DNA of 52,949 bases, taken from positions 1 to 52,949 of the forward strand of contig JAUCBJ010001829.1 of the NCBI GenBank assembly GCA_032718475.1, given 5' to 3'. Position 1 is the first letter of the stretch. Each line of letters begins with the position of its first letter. The DNA comes from Nemertoderma westbladi (lineage: Eukaryota > Animalia > Xenacoelomorpha). The notes under the pieces are model-generated. The model saw nothing but the letters and a program-made list of their open reading frames with translations. It was not told the DNA's origin and searched no databases. Of this stretch, positions 43,994-52,949 are shown in pieces. Both the position numbers and the translations under genes were made by a program.

Positions 43994-45324
43994 TTAACCA
44001 TTTAAAAAAACATCTATGGGTAAAACATTAAGGATCAGGACATTACGCCCAAATAATGGGCGTAATGAATTACCCATAGATTTTATATATATACCAAGCC
44101 CCCATTAGTCAGTATGTCGGTAAATTAGATTACCATATTAAAAAAAACAGCCTTTCTTATACTAAGGGATGCAAATAGCTTTTTTGTTCATCGTCGCAAT
44201 TTAGAACCGTTATTTACTACAGCAATTAATATATTTTGCGGGCTTTTATTTCAAAAAAAGACTAAAGGAAAAAGGCTGCTAAATAATAGTTAACGTAATA
44301 AATGAACAAAATGGTAAAAAATTTTAAAACACAAAGAAAAGGCATGAGTTCCTTTTTAAAAGTTTCAAATTTCGATGACTGATAACAAAGTATTGGGATT
44401 GGTTTTTTGGGTGAAAACCCTACAGAATACTACTACTAAAATATATAAAATTAATAAATGTAGGATATCAAACGGTGAGTTAATTTAATTCTTCAACGAT
44501 TTTATACATAGTAATCACAAGATTGTAAACACTTTTTAAGCAGTAATAAAAATACAATGAGAAATGGATATATTGAAATGTAACTTCAACAAGGCATGTT
44601 TCGGGCAAGAAGGGATTATGAGTGGTGGTGAGAAAGGAATTACTGGCTAGTAATAGTATTTACTGCTGTTCTCTATCAATGCACTGGAATTTGTTAACAT
44701 TCTTTAGTTGATTATTATCAATGATTGATAATAAGTCTTTTCAAGGCGTTTGCAATGGGTAACGACAGAAATCCATATTCCTACCAGCCGTCTAACATGG
44801 AACCAGATGATGCACATTACGAACTCATCTAGAATATAAGCAGCTAGCTGCTTAGAGATAAATGTCTTATATTCAGTTTTAATTACTGGCTAAATACTTA
44901 CTTACTAATGTAAGTATCTTTGCAGGTAAACCAACTGTAGTAATAGTTACAGGGGAACCAAATGAGAGAGGGGGGGGGGGGGGGGGGGTGGCAGTTAAAC
45001 CAAATGGGAAATAATTACAGAAAATGTTGATGTCACAGGTAAGCTGGAGACTGGAGTCAACTTCGTTTATGGGCACCAGTGCCACAAACACTGTTTTTCA
45101 TAAAATAATCGTTTCCTAACTAATGTCGGAATAAAACTATATGTTTTTAAGTAGCCTACTTTTTAGGATGTTACTTTAAAACAAATACACATATCCATTT
45201 AAAATGTATAAAGTATTAATTGAAACTGGTAGACTGTCGCACATTATATTTATAGTGTTAATAATTCATTTTAGCCTTAATCTTATATATATATATATTG
45301 AACAAATTTGATGACACTTTCATA

Positions 45325-46633
45325 ATGGGTGATGCTATTTTTGCATTACGTTTATATATAATATTAATACTTGCCAGTGGTCAGAATGGGAATCAAACCC
45401 GTACTGTAATGAGATTAGCAGGAGAACTCAAGGAGAAACTGTTTGCCAATTATCATCCACAAATTAGACCAATCAATAATCAGAGTAATGTAATTGATGT
45501 GGGGGTTATCTTCCAGCTGACACACCTCCTAGATGTTGATTTGATTCATTCCACATTGACATTTTCTGGATGGATAATGACCTCATGGGAAGATGAAATG
45601 CTTCAATGGGATCCTTCTGATTACCTTGGCATCGATGCGATTATAGTTACACCTAATGAAGTTTGGACACCCCGGATAATTTTGCAAAATATGGTAGATA
45701 GTGGGACTTCTGATACGGCTAGATACCTTACTATCGAGTCGACAGGTCAAGTGAATCAACATGAAAGAGTGAAATTGCAATCAGTTCAGAACTTCAAGGC
45801 ATCATATTTTCCGTTTGACATTCAACTCCTGGTTCTTAACATCTCTTCTGGAATATATAATGACGATTTGGTTGATTTGCACTGGAGTAAATATAATATG
45901 GTTGAAAGTTTGGGAAATTTCAATTTGTCATCCAATGAGTGGCATTTGGAACTGAGCTTGATAGCTTCAGCGCAAACAAAATATCGAATGAAGCTTGGGA
46001 AAAATCCTGAACAATTTACTGTTCTCACTTATGCTACTTGTTTACGAAGAGAGTCCCATTTCTATTTTCAAAACATAATTTTTCCATCAATCATCATAAG
46101 TATTATATTTCCTTTCATATTCATTATACCACATGAACAAGGAGATCGGATTAGTCTTGGTTCTGCACTGTTTTTTGGACAACTTATAAATCTTGTCATT
46201 GTACAGAATTATTTACCTCCTTCTGGAAGAACTATCCCTATCCTTTCTCAGTTATATTTCTTGAATAATGGCTACACTATTCAGTATTATCATGTGTGCA
46301 ATTCTATCTCAAGCCCATTACATTGTCGAAAAGAAGATTTCAAATCAAGAAGTCATTAATACTTCTTGTTCAGTAATAATAGAAGATTTACCTAAAAACG
46401 GAAATGAAGAGCCAAAGGAGAATAATCGAAAATTTAAATCGAATAACAATTTGCGAAAACGTTTAGTTTATGTTGACATAATTATGTTCTTTCTTATGTG
46501 TATTATTGTGTTTATTAATAACTTTTATGTAATGAATGTCTATTCTAGTGGAAAAAATAGTAAGGAACTCATGGAACTATATATGTCAGAGTATAGTTAT
46601 TATGGAAATGTAGATTATGCTGACTTTGAGTAA
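45325..46633 (+). CDS. Intronless nAChR-like pentameric ligand-gated ion channel subunit lacking Cys-loop cysteines; one frameshift near 46264 (pseudogene or assembly error)
   Basis: Signal peptide; LFANY....RP, W.DE.LQW.P.DY.GI, VWTP.I.L.N, YFPFDIQ, NEW; M1 FYFQNIIFP, M2 GDRISLG, M3 PILSQLYFL continuing in the next frame as IMATLFSIIMC, M4 VDIIMFFL; ATTAAA at ~46649. About 435 aa if repaired. Confidence 0.85.
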
Positions 46634-46929
46634 ATTTACGACTTTGTTATTAAACATTGCACCTTTACAGTCCCACCTTGTTATAGTGTTTTAACCTGTT
46701 GCTTTAAACTGATATCTTAGGGTTCGGATCGCATCAGTCCAATCCCTACAATAATGGGAAAATTCCAGCATTGCTGTAGTGGTTAAATCCATTGATTGTC
46801 TTGAATTCACATTTCTCCTGGGATTCTTGGTATGATCCCACATTGGGGGACAGGGTATTTTTCAATCGACACGAATGCTTTAAAAGGAATAGCACGGGTG
46901 CATCTCTGCCTGGCTTCCTTAGGAATAGG

Positions 46930-48504
46930 GTTGGTTGGTGTGTGAAAAAACAATTGTTGGGCTAGAAACAATTGAATAATGGGTAAGAAGGTGCCCTGAA
47001 TCGAGTGGCGGGGTGTGTTTTTTGTAAAAACACGAGGAAGTGGTCGCGGGAGGAAGTGGGAGGAAGAGTCCCACAAGAAATGAAAACAAATAAGTTGGTG
47101 CCAGTTCCCAAGAAGGGCAACCTAACACTCTATGGTTCTTTTCGGGGAATCTCATTGATCTCGATTGCTGCAAAGCTATACAATAGGATTCTATTAAATC
47201 GCATCAGGGATCCCATTGAGAGACTGCTCCGTGGAAATCAGAATGGGTTCCGTAAAGGTCGTGGGACCATGGAGCCCATTTTGGCACTTAGAAGGATAAT
47301 TGAAGAGTTATCAAAAAAGAAAGACAGGCATCTGGCTGTTATCTTTGTTGACTTCTTCAAGGCCTTTGATTCAGTCTCTCGCTCACGTATGTTCAGCATA
47401 CTTTCATTATATGGGATTCCTGATGAAATTATTGCAGCAATCAGATCAGTATATGATGGTTCGACAACATTTGTGTCTACTGTTGACGGTGACACAGAAC
47501 CATTTGAAGTGTTATGGGGCGTCCTCCAAGGAGACACACTTGCACCATTCTTGTTCATTATTGTGGTTGACTATGTTCTACGCATGTCCTTAGATCATTA
47601 TAATGATGATGGGGTGATGATAACTCCACCTACTGGCTCCAGAAGTCGAGGAAATCCTGCCAAGTACCTAACTGATCTAGACTTTGCTGATGACTTACGA
47701 GTACTCTCAGAATCACTAGAGGGAGCCCAACGGCTCCTCAGCTCATTAGAACATGCTGCTTCTAGTGTTGGTCTTTTTATTAACTCCAGAAAGACCAAAG
47801 TTCTGACAGTTAACTTTGAAAGTCCTCAGCAAGTCTCTGATCGGATGAGCATAAGCTCAAAGGATGGTATGCTTGAGCATGTGGACGACTTCTGTTACCT
47901 GGGATCATCGATCCGGAAGTCAGGTGAGGACCTTCGAATACGTAAGGGAAAGGCATGGGCAGCCTTGAATAGGCTTTCCAGGATTTGGAAGTCACCGAGA
48001 ATTAATCGGAAACTTAAGGTCCGATTATTTAGAGCAGCAGTAGTTCCAGTACTCCTCTATGGGAGTCCATGCTGGTCTCTAACTGCTGAGGACACCAAAT
48101 CTCTGGATGGCACATTCACAAGAATGCTACGCCGGGTTCATTGTGTCAAGTACAATGCACACATCTCCAACCAGACACTATATAACAGTGGAGGTGTCTC
48201 ATTGGTTCCCCCAAGCTTGACACTAGAACAAAATCGCCTCCGCTTTGCAGGACATTGCTTTCGCCGTGAGGACCAGCCAGTGCATAATCTTGTACTTTGG
48301 CAGCCTCATGGAGTGAATAAGCATGGTGGACAGCCCATGACTTTCTTGAGACGCATCTTAAAGGACACTGGCCTTAAAGATGCGGATGATCTAGCAAATG
48401 TCATGGGTGATAGGGAGTTGTGGCGGTGCAATTTTGTTGACAAGCCGGCACAGCATTCTTAAAAATGCAGCTGCAATGCAGCATGCCGATCCTAGTAGTA
48501 GTAG
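46930..48504 (+). mobile_element. 5'-truncated RTE-clade LINE
   Basis: 19-bp TSD TGGCTTCCTTAGGAATAGG (46911-46929 and 48505-48523); (TAG)n tail; intact RT ORF. Confidence 0.92.
47005..48462 (+). CDS. RTE reverse transcriptase (truncated ORF2, no endonuclease)
   Basis: VPVPKKG, FRGISL, QNGFRKGR, FVDFFKAFDSV, GVLQGDTLAP, DFADD, FCYLGS, LLYGSPCW, LRFAGHCFR. Confidence 0.9.
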   Translation: MAGCVFCKNTRKWSREEVGGRVPQEMKTNKLVPVPKKGNLTLYGSFRGISLISIAAKLYNRILLNRIRDPIERLLRGNQNGFRKGRGTMEPILALRRIIEELSKKKDRHLAVIFVDFFKAFDSVSRSRMFSILSLYGIPDEIIAAIRSVYDGSTTFVSTVDGDTEPFEVLWGVLQGDTLAPFLFIIVVDYVLRMSLDHYNDDGVMITPPTGSRSRGNPAKYLTDLDFADDLRVLSESLEGAQRLLSSLEHAASSVGLFINSRKTKVLTVNFESPQQVSDRMSISSKDGMLEHVDDFCYLGSSIRKSGEDLRIRKGKAWAALNRLSRIWKSPRINRKLKVRLFRAAVVPVLLYGSPCWSLTAEDTKSLDGTFTRMLRRVHCVKYNAHISNQTLYNSGGVSLVPPSLTLEQNRLRFAGHCFRREDQPVHNLVLWQPHGVNKHGGQPMTFLRRILKDTGLKDADDLANVMGDRELWRCNFVDKPAQHS

Positions 48505-48533
48505 TGGCTTCCTTAGGAATAGGAGTAGTAGGG

Positions 48534-48840
48534 TCTTGGCCGGCTCGGCGACAGTTAGACCCCACTGACACCCATTGGGTGTCATATGACACCCAATTAT
48601 CACCCTATGGGTGTCATTGGGTGTCATTGGCGCCAGACTGTCTGGGTGACACCTCCCAATTAGGCTAATTAGACCCTAATTGACAGGTGTCATCAATTAA
48701 TTAGTACAATTAAACCCTAACAGGTGTCATACGACTCCTAATTAGGGTTTAATTCATTATCCTAATTAATCAGACTGATTAGCGCCCTGACACACAATGG
48801 GTCATCAGTGTTGTCTAACTGTCGCAGAGCCGGCTCAAGA
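48534..48840. repeat. Imperfect inverted repeat enclosing many TGACACC/GGTGTCA motifs
   Basis: TCTTGGCCGGCTCGGCGACAGTTAGAC (48534-48560) versus GTCTAACTGTCGCAGAGCCGGCTCAAGA (48813-48840). Confidence 0.7.
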
Positions 48841-49283
48841 GGGTGTCATAAGTGACACCGCAGCTCTTTTATTCATTAATACTTATTTATATTTAATTTT
48901 AATTAATTAATTGTACTTTATTTTAGATTTACCAATAATTAGTTTTATATATTGGTTTCTATATAACCTCATGGACTTTCATCTCGTTATACTTAGATAT
49001 AGGGTATACAGCTCCCTTACTGGTAACTAATTACTCCAGACAGCTTTATCGTTGACCTTTGACCTTTGACCCCCAATTAGCTTTAACCAAGCAACAGCTT
49101 ATTAATAATAGTTGTATCCAAGCGCCCCACCCCCCACCCCGTGACAGCTCTGATTACTAATTACTCTTACCTATATCCAGCCGTCTGCAGTTCCATAGTC
49201 TGCCGCTAGAAAGCGTATGATCTGAAATTAACATCTTCTCTAACTTTGCTATTTTCATTCCGAATGGGTTTAAACTCGGTAGG

Positions 49284-49830
49284 CATCTACTACGGCGTAG
49301 GCCATATCTTTTGCGGAGCCATAGAGTAGTATGAAGTTCCCCTGTCTACCGCTAGATGGCGTATTATTTAAAAATTAACATCTTCTCTAACTTTGTTATT
49401 TACAATCCGCAAAACTATGAAGTTACTGTATATTGCTTAAGGGTTCTAAGGGGCGAGCCATGAGGCAAGATGTTTGAGACTTATTTAGATATATTATTAC
49501 TTAATTTGACCCCCCAATCGCCATCTTCTACGGCATAGGCCATATCTTTTGCGGAGCCATAGAGTAGTATGAAGTTCCCCTGTCTACCGCTAGATGGCGT
49601 ATTATTTAAAAATTAACATCTTCTCTAGCTTTGTTATTTACAATCCGCAAAACTATGAAGTTATATTGCTTAAGGGTTCTAAGGGGCGAGCCATGAGGCA
49701 AGATGTTTGAGGCTTATTTAGATATATTATTACCTAATTTGACCCCCCAATCGACATCTACTACGGCATAGGCTATATCTTTTGCGGAGTCACAGAGTAG
49801 TATGAAGTTCCCCAGGCTGCCGCTAGAGGG
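49284..49830. repeat. ~235-bp tandem repeat, about 2.3 copies
   Basis: CATCT.CTACGGC.TAGGC.ATATCTTTTGCGGAG starts at ~49284, ~49522 and ~49755. Confidence 0.88.
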
Positions 49831-49934
49831 CGAAATGTCTTAAAGTGAAAACCATACGATAGCCATGAATTGGTTACTAGGCAATAATACTGCATTTTGC
49901 AACGTTAGGCCTATTGCTAACCAAACGAAAACTG

Positions 49935-50004
49935 CCCTGGTTCATGTGAGGATCGAACCCTTGACATACGGGAGATGTGAATTCAACGCAACCACTACAC
50001 CAAG
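49935..50004 (-). other. tRNA-derived (Pol III A/B-box) relic or SINE head
   Basis: Minus strand TGGTGTAGTGG ... GGTTCGATCC; no clean cloverleaf. Confidence 0.45.
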
Positions 50005-50073
50005 GTGGAACAATAACCTTCGAATTTGTTCGTTGACGTTCGAATTTGTAAGACTCTCATTTAAGACCTGACA

Positions 50074-50718
50074 CAGACTATGCCTCACTGAGGCACTGAG
50101 GCATAGACTATGTCTCACTGAGGCATATACTATGACTCATTGAGGCATTGAGGCATAGACTATGCCTCACTGAGGCACTGAGGCATAGACTATGTCTCAC
50201 TGAGGCATAGACTATGACTCATTGAGGCATTGAGGCATAGACTATGCCTCACTGAGGCATAGACTATGACTCACTGAGGCATAGGCTATGCCTCACTGAG
50301 GCATAGACTATGCCTCACTGAGGCATAGACTATGCCTCACTGAGGCATAGACTATGACTCACTGAGGCACTGAGGCATAGACTATGACTCACTGAGGCAT
50401 AGACTATGCCTCACTGAGGCACTGAGGCATAGACTATGCCTCACTGAGGCATAGACTATGCCTCACTGAGGCATAGACTATACCTCACTGAGGCACTGAG
50501 GCATAGACTATGACTCACTGGGGGATAGACTATGCCTCACTGAGGCATAGACTATGCCTTACTGAGGCACTGAGGCATAGACTATGCCTCACTGAGGCAT
50601 AGACTATGCCTCACTGAGGCACTGAGGCATAGACTATGACTCACTGAGGCATAGACTATGCCTCACTGAGGCACTGAGGCATAGACTATGCCTCAGTGAG
50701 GCATAGTCTATGCCTCAC
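50074..50718. repeat. Palindromic minisatellite, 22-bp unit with 30-bp variants
   Basis: Unit GAC-TATGCCTCA-C-TGAGGCATA with an optional extra CTGAGGCA. The last unit (~50690-50718) switches to the reverse-complement orientation. Confidence 0.92.
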
Positions 50719-50930
50719 TTCAATATACGAGCACAAAAAAGTTTACAAGCACAGGTTCAAATCCAACTAAAGCTCTATATATTTTGCATTGAAGTGGAAT
50801 ACTTTAGATGCTTGGGGGGAATCTGGTTTGCGAGGGATATTTGAATGGTGAGTATAACTATCCTTGAGAGTTAGTGTGACGTTATCTCACTATGGATGGG
50901 CTTTACCACTGTACTCGCATCTGCTCTCTC

Positions 50931-51056
50931 ATTGGCTGTCTAACTTTCCTCCCTCGAGTCCTGATTGGCTGCCTAACTCACCCTCGCACTCTGATTGGAT
51001 AATCCATTCTAGCCTCCCTCTATAATAACCCCCGTTCAACGCATTCCCAGTCATTC
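50931..51056 (+). promoter_or_regulatory. Candidate Pol II promoter: three inverted CCAAT boxes, TATA and CAGT initiator
   Basis: ATTGG at 50931, 50964 and 50994; TATAATAA at 51021; CAGT at 51048; ATG at 51169. Confidence 0.55.
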
Positions 51057-51168
51057 TCTAAGTTTTATATTAAAAAGTTTTATTTATTTTCATAAAAGTT
51101 TAATTTATTTAAAATTTTGTAAAATCATTTAGCTAAAATTCAATATTATCAATTGACATTGCTATATA

Positions 51169-52247
51169 ATGCATAGACATGAAAGTTGTTTGGTTTGTAA
51201 TAAAGAAATGAGACAAGACAATTTATCTCGTCATATGGAAACACATAGAAAGGAAAAACTAATGGCTCCATTACCAAAAAAATTTAAAAATCCGAAGATA
51301 TTTTTAGTGAAGATGAAAAGAAAAAGAGAGATGAGCGTGATATATTAAATATAAAACAGACAATGGAAAGTAAATTTCATAAAGTTATGAATATTTTGAA
51401 AGGGATACAAAAACAGTTACCCCTAGAAAATGAGGAAAATTTGAGTGAGAAAGATGGAGAAGAAGAGGATGATGAGATGGAGAATGAAAATAGTGAGGGT
51501 CAGGATGAAGTTGAAGAGAGTGAAGTTGAGAACGAAGAAAGTGAAGATCAGGAAGATGATGAAGAAAGTGAAGGTCAAGAAGAGGGTGAAGATAGCGAAG
51601 GTCAGGAAGAGAATGAAGAAAGTGAAGAACAGGAAGAGGATGAAGAAAGTGAAGAACAGGAAGAGGATGAAGAAAGTGAAGGCGGGGAAGAGGATGAAGA
51701 AAGTGAAGGCGGGGAAGAGGATGAAGAAAGTGAAGGTCAGAAAGAGGGTGAAGAAAGTGAAGATCAGGAAAGTGGAGAAGAGGATGAAAATGATGATAAT
51801 GAGGAAATAAAGAGGCAATTACTTGGAAATAAGAATCAATTGCGGAAAATTATTAAACATTTGAAGGAAAATGAAGAAAATAAAGAGGCGACATTGACCC
51901 AAGTCCTAGGAAGTAAAATTAAATTACAGAAATTTATTAAACATTTAGAAGAGAATGATGAAAATAAAGAAGAGATATTGAGACAAATATTAGGAAACAA
52001 AAATCAAATGCGGAAATTTATTAAACAAATGGAAGAAAATGAGGAAAATAGAGAAGAGATATTAAGACAGGTTCTGGGAAATAAAAGTAAATTACTGAAA
52101 ATTAATGAACAATTGAATAAAATTAAGAAACAGTTGGGTAATGAGGAAGATGAAAGTAAAGTAAATCAACCAGCTTTTACTAATTTTCGAAGACCTATGA
52201 TAAAAAACTCTCGTTCAGTAAATGCCCGCGCAGGACGACGCTATTGA
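51169..52247 (+). CDS. C2H2 zinc finger plus acidic repeat plus coiled-coil repeat protein (~360 aa if one frameshift near 51288 is repaired)
   Basis: 51169 MHRHESCLVCNKEMRQDNLSRHMETH...PKKFK. The frame of ORF 51363-52247 is open from 51288 (KSEDIFSEDE...). 10-aa E-rich repeats (ESEEQEEDEE), then four ~27-aa repeats (EIL.Q.LGNKNQ.RKFIK). Confidence 0.65.
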
Positions 52248-52275
52248 CATTTGTTTGTTTGAGTTCCTTTCATAA

Positions 52276-52425
52276 TAGTATTAGGGCTATTTATCCAAAA
52301 CAATTATATTAGTATTAGGACTATTTATCCATAACAATTATATTAGTATTAGGACTATTTATCCATAATAATTATATTAGTATTATAAATGTATTTACCC
52401 CACAATATTTATTACTATTAGGTCT
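52276..52425. repeat. 34-bp tandem repeat, about 4 copies
   Basis: TAGTATTAGGACTATTTATCCATAACAATTATAT at 52276, 52310 and 52344, degenerate at 52378. Confidence 0.8.
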
Positions 52426-52693
52426 ATTTATTCAAGAAATTATATGTTTTTATAATATACTTTGGAAAATTGGTCGACTAAGTCATAATTTTTAAAACTT
52501 TAAATAAGGGTTGAGTTATTTTATAAAGTTAAGAAGAAGAACCAATAGAGGCAACCTGAAGTCTAATCTCTTGGCCTTTACTCGTAAGACAACGCATTAA
52601 CTCCCAAGGTTGCATACTATCACTATAGCTGGGAGAGTCAAAGCTAGTGTATACTAGAGTTAGCCGAGAGCTAGGAAAAAGAATAATGCTCTT

Positions 52694-52760
52694 CTAGGGT
52701 TCGAACTCACGACCTTCTAATTAGAAAACTAAGCAAATGATTAGCTTGAAGGCCTTAGAC
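52694..52760 (-). other. tRNA-like relic or SINE head
   Basis: Minus strand GGTCTAAGGC ... CGTGAGTTCGAACCC (A/B-box-like). Confidence 0.35.
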
Positions 52761-52828
52761 CCTTAATCGGAGGCATCGGGCAGACAATGAGAGAGCAGAT
52801 GCGAGTACAGTGGTAAAGCCCATCCATG

Positions 52829-52949
52829 GTGAGGCATAGTCTATGCCTCAGTGAGTCATAGTCTATGCCTCAGTGCCTCAGTGAGGCATAGTCTATCCCT
52901 CAGTGAGTCATAGTCTATGCCTCAGTGAGGCATATTCTATGCCTCAGTA
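52829..52949. repeat. Second palindromic minisatellite array, inverted relative to 50074-50718 and running off the window edge
   Basis: Units read TATGCCTCA-G-TGAGGCATA-GTC, the reverse complement of the first array. Confidence 0.9.

Noticed and set aside
49935-50004. Functional tRNA gene (also 52694-52760)
   Set aside because: A/B boxes are present but I could not fold acceptor and anticodon stems; treated as relics.
50074-50718. CRISPR-like array of palindromic repeats
   Set aside because: No unique spacers, no cas genes and a eukaryotic context; it is a minisatellite.
51423-51818. Phe-rich antisense ORF and Lys/Arg-rich alternate-frame ORF
   Set aside because: Shadows of the GAA-rich acidic repeat; only the acidic frame links to the zinc finger and downstream repeats.

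Overview
AT-rich, repeat-dense genomic DNA that looks like an invertebrate animal genome (LINEs, SINEs, MITEs, spliceosomal-type signals; nothing prokaryotic). The main feature is a complete, unusually large (18,885 bp) BEL/Pao-type LTR retrotransposon at 4161-23045. It has 2,258-bp LTRs (about 99% identical), a 5-bp AAGGA target-site duplication and a disrupted gag-PR-RT-RH-IN polyprotein. In the env position it carries a ~1,235-codon accessory gene, split by one frameshift, that encodes a WRN/EXD/Mut-7-like DEDD 3'-5' exonuclease motif set followed by three CCHC zinc knuckles. The element also has seven dispersed copies of an 18-nt palindrome/stem-loop (CCAAACC-YGYG-GGTTTGG) that occur in all three reading frames and in non-coding DNA. 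It lacks a tRNA primer-binding site and has a possible self-priming match instead. The rest of the window holds several RTE and CR1/L2-group LINE fragments, hAT-, piggyBac- and Harbinger-like non-autonomous DNA elements, a tRNA-derived SINE and minisatellites. There is also an intronless Cys-less pentameric ligand-gated ion channel subunit gene with one frameshift, and a C2H2-finger/acidic-protein cassette flanked by inverted palindromic minisatellites. All family assignments come from motif recognition by eye; no database search was run.
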